Shown one piece after another: positions 27,583 to 35,208 of a stretch of DNA of 64,000 bases. The position numbers and the translations under genes were made by a program. This DNA is from a virus: IMG/VR virus record IMGVR_UViG_3300049979_000188. The stretch is one strand, 5' to 3'. The notes beneath the pieces were generated by a model. The model saw nothing but the letters and a program-made list of their open reading frames with translations, did not search any database and was not told where the DNA came from. Position 1 is the stretch's first letter, and each line of letters begins with the position of its first letter.

Positions 27583-27722
27583 CGCGACTGATTAATAAAG
27601 GTAATAGTAGACGGGGGCGTCCCCCCTGCAAAAAGCGCATTTACAATTTATGCTATGGCCCGGACCCTGGGTTGTACCAGCGGTGTTATACTCCGCATCA
27701 TTCTTTCCGCAAATCTACTAAG

Positions 27723-27800
27723 CGGTCCCTACCGGGGTCGAACCGGTCTGATAACTCCCGTGACAGGGGAGTAGCCACGCCTACCGCAGCCCCAGGGACC
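27723..27800 (-). tRNA. trnD: tRNA-Asp(GTC), atypical D-arm
   Basis: GGTCCCT/AGGGACC, CTCCC-CT GTC AC-GGGAG, G73. Confidence 0.85.
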
Positions 27801-28053
27801 AGAATTGCCCGGAATTTGACCAGTAACCTCCCACACCGGGCTGGTGGGTTATCGCCTGGCACCCACATGAAGGGCTAGTCAAGGTCTTCCCCTTGCGTCG
27901 TCCCGTTATACCTCAATTGGCGAGGGTAGTGCCTGCATCTAAGAGCGCCATGGCGGAGTGTCTACGGGAACACTCACTTCAAGAGGGTGACCAGTTATAC
28001 GATACTAGTCGAAAACGCCGTGCCTCCAGGCTTACTGCTTAAACAGAAGGATT

Positions 28054-28281
28054 CTATTCCGTAAAGACCAGTGTGTCATGTTCATTGACCACCGTGGGCG
28101 GGTATTCGCCAGGAGCACACACGTAGGGCAGCTCATTCCAGGGGGTCTGGCCATCACCCACTTTGAGTTGCCGCGTCGTTTCGTCGTAGGCCGGCTCGCG
28201 TAGGCCCAGAATCGGGTTTACTTGCTGCCAGTTTTCGCTGCTGTCGCCACGTAGGCGAATGCGCGTGGGGGTGTCATCCAT
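28054..28281 (-). CDS. stand-alone Mtd_N-like (tail-fibre N-terminal) domain protein
   Basis: IRLRGDSSENW..VNPIL...EPAYDETT..LKVGDG.TPWN.LPY. Confidence 0.8.
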   Translation of the reverse strand: MDDTPTRIRLRGDSSENWQQVNPILGLREPAYDETTRQLKVGDGQTPWNELPYVCAPGEYPPTVVNEHDTLVFTE

Positions 28282-28416
28282 GGTCGTAGAAGTTAAGTGG
28301 TTGAAGGAGGGAAAACTAGTACGGTATCACCCACTACTAGAATTACAGGGTCATCGTTGACCGTCGTTTTAGGTTTATCAGTCATGGGCAAACTTACAGT
28401 ACCTACTTAAAAGGTG

Positions 28417-28527
28417 CCCAAGCCGAGTACAGACTAGCGCGTAATGGCTGGCCTTGCGAGCCTTGCCGACGAACCAGTCACTGGAATCGAACCGTAAAGT
28501 ACTTCACTGACTTTCGGCCGGCTTGGG
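28417..28527 (-). ncRNA. small structured RNA with an internal T-loop (permuted-tRNA/Y-RNA-like candidate)
   Basis: terminal 9-bp CCCAAGCCG/CGGCTTGGG stem enclosing GG-TTCGATT-CC; abuts the CCA of tRNA-Gly. Confidence 0.4.
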
Positions 28528-28529
28528 TA

Positions 28530-28605
28530 TGGAGCGAGAGAACGGGTTCGAACCGTCGACCTGCTGCTTGGAAGGCAGCCGCTCTACCAACTGAGCTACT
28601 CTCGC
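28530..28605 (-). tRNA. trnG: tRNA-Gly(TCC)
   Basis: full cloverleaf, CT TCC AA, U73, encoded CCA. Confidence 0.95.
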
Positions 28606-28850
28606 AAAGTGGACTGGACTTATTAGCTCCAGCCCCTCCGACTTGCGCAGTGTTGTTACGACCCCTTGACCCGGGCTACACGGTCAAGCCGTAACCAAGT
28701 GGGCTAGCACCACTTCACTGGGAGTCCGCATCGTCACCAGCACATACGTCCGGGAGAGGCTAGGCGGCGCACCGATTAGAAGAGGACCGATTCGACGGTC
28801 TCCCTGGGCCCAGGGACCACTGAGAAGAGCTACTTTACGCCGCGCTTATA

Positions 28851-28874
28851 CCATTGTCTGGTACCAGACAATGG
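28851..28874. repeat. perfect 24-bp palindrome
   Basis: CCATTGTCTGGT|ACCAGACAATGG. Confidence 0.9.
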
Positions 28875-28923
28875 AGCTACGTTGACTCTTGTTCAGTGTG
28901 CTGGTCTATCCCAGCTGCTCTTT

Positions 28924-28997
28924 TGGTCACAGAGATGGACTCGAACCACCGACCACCCTCCTTGCGGGGGTACTCTACCACCTGAGCTACCTGCAAC
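28924..28997 (-). ncRNA. tRNA-core RNA with a GNRA tetraloop in place of the anticodon loop
   Basis: normal D and T arms; anticodon arm CCCCC-GCAA-GGAGGG; ends in ACCA. Confidence 0.7.
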
Positions 28998-29145
28998 AAA
29001 CAAGGTTCTGTTAATCCAGTACCCACAACCGCTTCAAACGAGGCTCCCCGCTTACCTGGGAACCGGATGGGTAAGCATCCTGAGTTACGTTTTCTACTCA
29101 TTTACCGTAGGGTATTATGCTTGCGCAGCGGCTACCACGGTAAGT

Positions 29146-29231
29146 TAGGACGTAGGGGAATCGCACCCCTGCTTGGTTCAGCCTGGGCGCCTGCCCGGGG
29201 ATGGGCGCCGTCAAAGGCTTCTCTTACTCCT
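29146..29231 (-). ncRNA. tRNA-like RNA resembling an isolated tmRNA tRNA-like domain
   Basis: no D-stem, ...CTTTGAC then GGCGCC/GGCGCC helix, AGGGG-TGCGATT-CCCCT; weak acceptor stem. Confidence 0.4.
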
Positions 29232-29365
29232 GGGATTTGGAGCGTGCTCTCTACTACACCAACGTCTTTTTATGGTGATAACTTGGTGTTGCTTACATAC
29301 CTTACCGGTCTGAATTCGAACCAGTTAAGTAATTTTGCCGACCTTTACGGGACAAACCACGTTAC

Positions 29366-29610
29366 CACCTGAGCCAAGGGAAGGACTCGAACCTCCACAG
29401 CTGCTGAGAATCCTCTTAAGCAAGACCCCGTCGGGTTATTCACTTGCAGCTTATGTTGAATTTACGGTTTGCCATACCGAACCCTGACTTGTTCTGGAAT
29501 TTGGCCGCGTATTCTGTTCTTTGCGACGGGTCTTAGTTCACGTATATTCCAGTTACCCAGCTGTCGAATCAAGGCGGCGTGCATCCCGCACACCTGATGT
29601 TCCCCGACCT
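29366..29610 (-). ncRNA. tmRNA-like structured RNA candidate
   Basis: GATTCGAC then ACAGCTG/CAGCTGT helix, AAGACCCGTCG/CGACGGGGTCTT helix, GGAGG-TTCGAGT-CCTTC T-arm; acceptor 5' strand unclear. Confidence 0.3.
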
Positions 29611-29880
29611 TGTCCTGACACATCTTCGGACAAACAGAGACTCCAGCTCATAAGGGTCGGCCTGCCAGCTCAGGTATGCCCCAGGCCTTCGCATGCAAAC
29701 CAAACCCTTACCTCAGTACCCGACAGCTTGATTTACATCAGGGGCTGCCGGGAATAGGCGTTGAAAAAGTAACCGGTGGGTTGCAAATTAACCGATTTTC
29801 CTAGTCCCCCCACCTACTACCGTGCAACTAGTAGTAGGAATCTCGCGGTATCAGAAGATGCTGCCATCACTTTTTCATCG

Positions 29881-29953
<73 letters not shown>

Positions 29954-30384
29954 TTGTGTAAGTTCTACTACTTTTACGCAGCCTCAAAAGTTCACCAGAA
30001 CTAGTAAATCTTTAAGGCTGCGTAGGCATAGTGGGTGCTGCTGAGGACTTTCACCTTCTTTTCCTTTAGCTACCAGGTGGGGCGTACCCTTTACCAGGCT
30101 CCTCCCCTCGATTTCCCGTCTCGAAGGGCCGGCAGCACAATGCATGTGCGTCGACTGACATTAGCACTGCGTAGGAACGGCTAGTAACCGTACGCGCAGT
30201 CAGTTGAAGTGTCCACCGTTACCGGCGACTCACAAAAAGTTTGAGGGCGTACGTGCGGTACGCAACCACGCGGGATTTTTACCCGCCAAGGCGACTGACC
30301 CTGAGCCACTACAGCTCAATTGGTTGTGCTCTCTTCAAGCCACTATTACCTAATCGCCCCGGTGTTCGTTCCACTGCCTCAAGT

Positions 30385-30520
30385 CAATTCGGGATGGCTT
30401 TGAACCATCGCCCTACCAGGGATAAGCTGGTAGTACCCGTTTTCAGCTTGAAGTATCACCTTCAGACTGGGGGTGTCGCAGGCCTTGAGCCCGCCGCTCT
30501 GACCACTGAGCTACCGAATG
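30385..30520 (-). ncRNA. tRNA-core RNA with an intact CAA (Leu) anticodon arm and a ~60-nt multi-hairpin variable region
   Basis: ATTCGG/CCGAAT, GCTC/GAGC, GCGGG-CTCAAGG-CCTGC, CTACCAG/CTGGTAG, GATGG-TTCAAAG-CCATC. Confidence 0.7.
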
Positions 30521-30599
30521 ATTTTTTGAAAGAGCTTGTCTTTCATCCTTTTGCCAACAAGTCAAAGACCTTTGCGACTTCAACCTGCTGCCGAAGTAC

Positions 30600-31235
30600 C
30601 TAGTTTACGCTATTTGGGACCGGCCCGTTACCACTTTTGGTAGAAAAAGTGCGCTCGAAGTTGTTTTCGTGCGTACTAGCGGGCGGAATCAGCCCGAATC
30701 TAGCTTCCAGTGGGGGGTGCGCCAAAAGACGGTCCTCGTAGAGTGACACGGGCACCCCATGCTGCGTGATGACCTTGTAAAGAAAGTTACCGCGATGAAA
30801 TTCTCGGTCATCGACTGTGGCACTCACGTAAGTCTCGTCCGCAATGCGGGCAATCACGTACTGGTTAAGTCCGTAGAGAGGACCCGGGAGGTCTTCATTC
30901 TCCTTACTTTTGAGTGGCTCAGGCTCAGCTATCTGATAAGAGCGGCGCCGGGTAACGCGCTGGGTCGGCACTTGGATGAGTTGCAACCCATCCTGGGTGA
31001 TGAGGTCATAATGCCAGCCACTGGCATTAAGCCCGCTCAGAAAGACGGCATCTTTGACCATGCCGTATACATATTGTGCATTCGGACTGTCAAGGGAACC
31101 TAACCGAATAATGACAAAAGCGCCCTTACCCAAGGGTGCGACGCTTGCGTCTAAATCAGTTACAAGGACAGGGTCACCCGGCCCATTCGGGTGCCAGGGA
31201 TTGCGGGTATCGTCGAGCGTTGCTTTTTCAAACAT
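30600..31235 (-). CDS. hypothetical protein with repeated SH3-like beta modules
   Basis: two 'G..VIARI...V.G.V.D..F...YK/YD.IT..G' segments. Confidence 0.7.
   Translation of the reverse strand: MFEKATLDDTRNPWHPNGPGDPVLVTDLDASVAPLGKGAFVIIRLGSLDSPNAQYVYGMVKDAVFLSGLNASGWHYDLITQDGLQLIQVPTQRVTRRRSYQIAEPEPLKSKENEDLPGPLYGLNQYVIARIADETYVSATVDDREFHRGNFLYKVITQHGVPVSLYEDRLLAHPPLEARFGLIPPASTHENNFERTFSTKSGNGPVPNSVN
30603..30631 (-). promoter_or_regulatory. phage ECF-like promoter motif copy directly upstream of ncRNAs
   Basis: GTAACG-N16-CGTAAAC. Confidence 0.75.
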
Positions 31236-31253
31236 GAGACAAAATTGAATCGG

Positions 31254-31442
31254 TTAAGCAGGCAATAAGTTAAGCTCACGTGCGAGCGCATCCTGCAGCA
31301 GGCGTCCAAGACGCAAACGAGCTGGCTCATCGAGGTTGTTAGCCTCGGCCGAGAAGCGAAGCTCGACCAGGGGGCCCTCGTCGTGGAGGTCAACGATACT
31401 TACGCTGCCATTGACGTGCAACTGAGTGGTGATTTCAAGCAT
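31254..31442 (-). CDS. small hypothetical protein
   Basis: 62-aa ORF. Confidence 0.5.
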   Translation of the reverse strand: MLEITTQLHVNGSVSIVDLHDEGPLVELRFSAEANNLDEPARLRLGRLLQDALARELNLLPA

Positions 31443-31471
31443 AAGGGGTTAGGGCTGGTTGTAAAAAAAAG

Positions 31472-31586
31472 TGGTACGGCGGTAGGACTCGAACCTACAA
31501 CCCTCCAGGGTCGGGCCTGATGCGCATCTCGGTTATCCATCTGAAGGGCCCAGTCAAGGGTGGTTGCCGATTTCACGACACCGTAC
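31472..31586 (-). ncRNA. tRNA-core RNA with an elongated anticodon helix
   Basis: GTACGGTG/CGCCGTAC, TCGG D-loop, CCCTT/GAGGG then GGGCC/GGCCC then GATG/CATC, GTAGG-TTCGAGT-CCTAC. Confidence 0.75.
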
Positions 31587-31647
31587 TTTTCCACCCGGTC
31601 CATGTGTCGCCGGGGTACCATAGAAGCCCACTACGAGCTTCACTAGT

Positions 31648-31828
31648 CGAGGATGTCAGGAGTTGAACCTGAATGGACGAGCCCTGGGCAACTAGGGCAA
31701 TGTGTACACCAACTACCGTACCCTGCCGCAGGAGTCATTGTCCGGAAGCTCTTTTTACGTCCCCACCCCGTGTACAAAGCGGAGGCGCTACTTCGAACTT
31801 CTGTGTCTACCAATTCCACCACATCCCT
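31648..31828 (-). ncRNA. tRNA-core RNA (Leu-like D-arm) with a ~125-nt multi-helix insert
   Basis: GGGATG/CATCCT, GTGGAATTGGTAGACAC D-arm, GAAGTTC/GAGCTTC, TGTACAC/GTGTACA, TCAGG-TTCAACT-CCTGA. Confidence 0.75.
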
Positions 31829-31847
31829 AGAAGAAAATACCTACTAA

Positions 31848-32243
31848 TCACTTACTTACTACTGTCGCCAGCGCCGGCGCTGGCTGAGTAGCCTCCGCCT
31901 GCAGTAACCTGGTCATCCGGCAGTAGTTGGTTACAATGCGATAAAAACTAGCCAGATGATGCAGCGTGTGCACCTCAGCTCGCGCTAAACCTTCGCCCGT
32001 ATGCCCAGGGAACAACGAGTGCTGGTGGCCATCAAGCTGCAGCAAGTCGTGCAGTGACACCCAGAACAAGTCACTCAGCATGGTAAGCTCACTCAGACTC
32101 GGCCGCTGCGTACCCGCCAGGTACGCTTCCGCCTTAGCCAAGTCAACTTGCAAATAAGTGGCTAATTGCTCGTTCGTGACGAGAAAGCGTTGCTGCAAGG
32201 CCCGTAAATTAACGCTGATATGCTCGTTAAGCTGCGTATCCAT
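31848..32243 (-). CDS. XRE-family HTH protein
   Basis: NLRAL..RF..TNEQLA.YL.V...AEAY..G...PSL.EL..LSDLF; start MDTQLN. Confidence 0.75.
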   Translation of the reverse strand: MDTQLNEHISVNLRALQQRFLVTNEQLATYLQVDLAKAEAYLAGTQRPSLSELTMLSDLFWVSLHDLLQLDGHQHSLFPGHTGEGLARAEVHTLHHLASFYRIVTNYCRMTRLLQAEATQPAPALATVVSK

Positions 32244-32262
32244 AGTAAATACTATCGTTGAG

Positions 32263-32401
32263 CTGACAAGATAGGGCTCGAACCTATGACCTGCGTACTT
32301 GGCAGAAAAACTGACTGTATTTTGACACCCTAACGGGCGCTTACTCACGTAAGTACAGTTCTGCTGCGGTTCTGCTGCTCTACCACCTGAGCTACTTGTC
32401 A
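32263..32401 (-). ncRNA. tRNA-core RNA with a branched anticodon domain
   Basis: TGACAAG/CTTGTCA, GCTC/GAGC, GCAGAA/TTCTGC, CTGTA/TACAG, TTAC-GTGA-GTAA, ATAGG-TTCGAGC-CCTAT. Confidence 0.75.
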
Positions 32402-32731
32402 AAAGATGACCGCGGGTAAGACCTACTAGAACCCCACGGTCGACGCATCCTATTGTCCAAAGTGCCCCCTCTTGTGGGTAAACACTTAGGGATGCTTTGC
32501 CCTACACCCTATGGTGGCCGGTACCCTATCTGAAGGGGTCCACCCTAAAAGTGCATGGCACATCCTCCTTGTCGACTGACGGTTCCCGCTACCCAAGGAG
32601 GTCGGCGCGGGAACTACACCAGCAGCTCACCTGCTGGAACCCGGTAGATAAGCGCGGGTCGTAATTATCACTTTCCAGTATTTCAAAGAGCACGTTTACC
32701 CGCGTCAAGGGGTACGTAAGAGTGAATACGA

Positions 32732-32898
32732 AATCCACGGTAGGAGTTGAACCTACAAAGCTAGTCGCGCTACTGCCAGCGACTAGCGGCCAGGCCATTG
32801 CCTGGGGCTCTCGCCCCTTGAGCAGTAGAGTCGGTGTTCACCCGAACCCCATCCTTTGGCTAGCTACCCCGCGCGTTTACCCATTTCGCCACGTGGCT
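32732..32898 (-). ncRNA. tRNA-core RNA (Leu-like D-arm) with an expanded anticodon arm and three variable hairpins
   Basis: AGCCACG/CGTGGAT (6/7), GCG-AAATGGGTAAA-CGC, GGGGC-GAGA-GCCCC, GCTAGTCGC/GCGACTAGC, GTAGG-TTCAACT-CCTAC. Confidence 0.75.
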
Positions 32899-32951
32899 TC
32901 GTATTCAGTAACAAGCCCTTCGTTTAAGGACCTTTAACTAAGAACTGCCGA

Positions 32952-32980
32952 GTATACGTATAAACTACGTTACGCGTTAC
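32952..32980 (-). promoter_or_regulatory. phage ECF-like promoter motif copy directly upstream of an ncRNA
   Basis: GTAACG-N16-CGTATAC. Confidence 0.75.
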
Positions 32981-33462
32981 ACCGTAGTTCGCTTTTTTTG
33001 CGTATCCTCGTAAAGTTCAAGGCTTTTGCTTAGCAAGGCATCCAGGCCTTCCACGACGTGGAGTTGGGGAAGCTTCACTCGGTCGGCGTGGGCGAGCACA
33101 ATCGCACGGGCGTTGTTGGAATCCTTCCCACCGCCGGGGTTTGCCGCCAGTAGCTCCGCACTCACACGCTTCTCGATGAAGACAACCACCGTCCGACGCT
33201 CATACGATTTGATGGCCCCAATAACGGCAAAGCCAATTTCGGCCAGCGAGGCCGTGCCCGTCGTTTCGCCCGTAATGGCAAAGACCACAATGCCGTCACT
33301 GGCCAGGTGCTCGGCTTCGAGCAGGGCGTCGTCAGGCGACCAGTCAGCCTTATTAGGGTTAAAAAAGTCAATACCCAGCTCCTGATAGCGCTGCGTAAAA
33401 GCATCCCGCCACTGAGAGTTACCGCAAGTCCCGAATAAACCAATTGAAGCTTGAGCCGCCAT
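32977..33462 (-). CDS. nucleoside 2-deoxyribosyltransferase-like protein
   Basis: LFGTCG.S.WR...I.FFNP...DW...E..HL....F.IT.ET.G..SL.EIG; start MAAQAS. Confidence 0.75.
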   Translation of the reverse strand: MAAQASIGLFGTCGNSQWRDAFTQRYQELGIDFFNPNKADWSPDDALLEAEHLASDGIVVFAITGETTGTASLAEIGFAVIGAIKSYERRTVVVFIEKRVSAELLAANPGGGKDSNNARAIVLAHADRVKLPQLHVVEGLDALLSKSLELYEDTQKKRTTV

Positions 33463-33523
33463 GTAAAAAGAAAGGTAGAATGAAAAAAGGATGCGGAAAA
33501 GAGTTGAATTTTCAGCAAATAAG

Positions 33524-33597
33524 TGGCTACTACTGGATTCCAACCAGTAACCTACACCTTCGGAGGGTGTCGCTCTATGCAGTTGAGCTAAGTAACC
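33524..33597 (-). tRNA. trnR: tRNA-Arg(CCG) with swapped 19:56 pair
   Basis: full cloverleaf, CT CCG AA; D-loop ACTGCATA and T-loop TTGGAAT. Confidence 0.88.
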
Positions 33598-33604
33598 AAA
33601 TAAG

Positions 33605-33802
33605 TCAACCGGCCAGTAACCGGTTGACTTCTGTTAAGGTAACCTCTTCGCTAAGTCGGCCAGCTTCGTACTGAAGCAGAAGCTCCTTGATACGGGGCTT
33701 GTGCTCGACTTCGAGCAGAAACGGATACTTGCGCCGTAGCTGGCGCCCACGTAGAATGGAAACCAAGAGTGCATCACGGAAATAAACGGACGTTTCAGCC
33801 AT
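33605..33802 (-). CDS. small hypothetical protein
   Basis: 65-aa ORF. Confidence 0.5.
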   Translation of the reverse strand: MAETSVYFRDALLVSILRGRQLRRKYPFLLEVEHKPRIKELLLQYEAGRLSEEVTLTEVNRLLAG

Positions 33803-33827
33803 CTTGACTAACTGCGTAGCGCGTACA

Positions 33828-34502
33828 CTAAGAACGTACTTCGAAACCTTCCTGCAAGACCTGGGCCCCGGTCAGCACCCATATCTCGTGGCGGTTAGCC
33901 GGGTTTTTAATGGCCTTCCCACTCAGGCGGCCCATGTTCTCGGCCGATTCTTTGAGTAGCGAACCCGTCTTGGCATTCACCACTCGCTTACCCTTGTCCT
34001 GGCTCACGTAATAGAAAAGCTCGGGCTTGAGCTGCTCGGTGAGCGTAGCCGCAGCTGTTTGCGGCGCTGGCTCAGCGGCGTTAACCGTCGGCTCGCTCAT
34101 CAACCGCATGCGCTCCTGCACAGTCAGCAGGAACTCACGAACGGCTTTGGGGGCGGCCGGCGACATGAGGCGCACGATGGAGAGTAGGAACGGCTGGTAC
34201 TCGGGCTCGTCAAGCAGGGCGGCCAGCTGCTCGATAGTTTTGAAGCGTACGGAGGGCACCGGCGCGCGGCCTTTGTCGTGGATGTGAATCACGTACCCGT
34301 CGTTACGCGGGTCTACCATAAGGCTAAAACGAGCCGTGCCCCAGGCAAAAGAAGATTGGTCTTCCAGCGACATTGGGCCCGTGGGTTCCATAAGCTGCCC
34401 ATTACCCGTACGAGCGGCTTCGAGTTCAGCACGGGTCTGCAGCGCCTCCTCCAGACGAGCTGGCAGCGACTGCTTGGTTTCTTCTTTCTTATCGGGTTGC
34501 AT
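33828..34502 (-). CDS. hypothetical protein
   Basis: 224-aa ORF. Confidence 0.7.
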   Translation of the reverse strand: MQPDKKEETKQSLPARLEEALQTRAELEAARTGNGQLMEPTGPMSLEDQSSFAWGTARFSLMVDPRNDGYVIHIHDKGRAPVPSVRFKTIEQLAALLDEPEYQPFLLSIVRLMSPAAPKAVREFLLTVQERMRLMSEPTVNAAEPAPQTAAATLTEQLKPELFYYVSQDKGKRVVNAKTGSLLKESAENMGRLSGKAIKNPANRHEIWVLTGAQVLQEGFEVRS

Positions 34503-34515
34503 AGAGAAGAGGTGT

Positions 34516-34556
34516 AAAAAAACCTGGTACCCAGGTTTTTGGCCATTGGTACCAGG
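34516..34556 (-). terminator. probable intrinsic terminator
   Basis: CCTGGTACC/GGTACCAGG arms followed by U7 on the minus strand. Confidence 0.55.
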
Positions 34557-34566
34557 TATGGTAATG

Positions 34567-34600
34567 TAGCCCGTAGGGGAATCGAACCCCTACGTTAGCT
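34567..34600 (-). ncRNA. tRNA minihelix (acceptor stem plus T-arm only)
   Basis: AGCT(AA)CGT-AGGGG-TTCGATT-CCCCT-ACGGGCT-A: 12 bp with a 2-nt bulge, immediately 3' of tRNA-Glu. Confidence 0.5.
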
Positions 34601-34601
34601 G

Positions 34602-34675
34602 TACTGCGCACGGGGCTCGAACCCGTACTCCCCGCCGTGAAAGGGCGATGTGTTAGCCAGTTACACCAGCGCAGC
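34602..34675 (-). tRNA. trnE: tRNA-Glu(TTC)
   Basis: full cloverleaf, CT TTC AC. Confidence 0.93.
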
Positions 34676-34696
34676 ATTTTTCAAAAAAAAAACCTA

Positions 34697-34938
34697 TTAC
34701 AGTAACAACGACACGAAGGGCGATTCCTTTTCGTCAAACGAATCCAAATGCTGCGTAAAACCGGGGAACCACCCCCAGTAATAACCTCAAAACCATGCTG
34801 CAAGCAGCACAGAGACGGAAATCTTGAGGCGCTTGAAACCAACCGCATGCCAGAAACAGCCACTAGTAGTGAACTGAAACCCCCTTTGAAGAGTCATTGG
34901 AAAAGGAATCGTTTATTCCTTCGTGTCTGATACTGTAA
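34697..34938 (-). ncRNA. 242-nt RNA closed by a ~30-bp interrupted terminal stem
   Basis: TTACAGTA/TACTGTAA, GACACGAAGG/CCTTCGTGTC, CGATTCCTTTTC/GAAAAGGAATCG; U-tract follows; promoter motif ~28 nt upstream. Confidence 0.6.
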
Positions 34939-34965
34939 AAACCACCTTAGTGGCTTTGTGAACTA

Positions 34966-34994
34966 GTATACGCAGTTTGCGCTGGCTGCGTTAC
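34966..34994 (-). promoter_or_regulatory. phage ECF-like promoter motif copy heading the RNA island
   Basis: GTAACG-N16-CGTATAC. Confidence 0.75.
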
Positions 34995-35208
34995 GTGTGG
35001 CGTATCTTTTTTTGGTGCAAGCTTTAAAAAAGGGTTAACCACTCTACCAGAAGCCGGTTGTACTTGGTGCCAATCGGCTAAACCTAAGGGGATTGGTTCT
35101 TCCCGGTCTGCCCGGGTATGTAAGACAAGCAGCAGTAGCCACTTCATAAGCAGAAAAACAGGTTGGCGAAGTAAATTATGCAAAAACCAGCCAGGTCCTC
35201 TTACCGGG

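Noticed and set aside
30034-30140. RNase P RNA or FMN riboswitch suggested by GGTGAAAGTCC
   Set aside because: Other conserved RNase P or FMN segments are absent; this is more likely a generic T-loop hairpin.
30240-30320. tRNA-like element
   Set aside because: The T-loop (TTGCGTA) and D-arm are non-consensus and the stems short; not supportable.
34947-35183. 78-aa CDS
   Set aside because: It starts at TTG, contains the island promoter motif and has no recognisable features; probably regulatory DNA.
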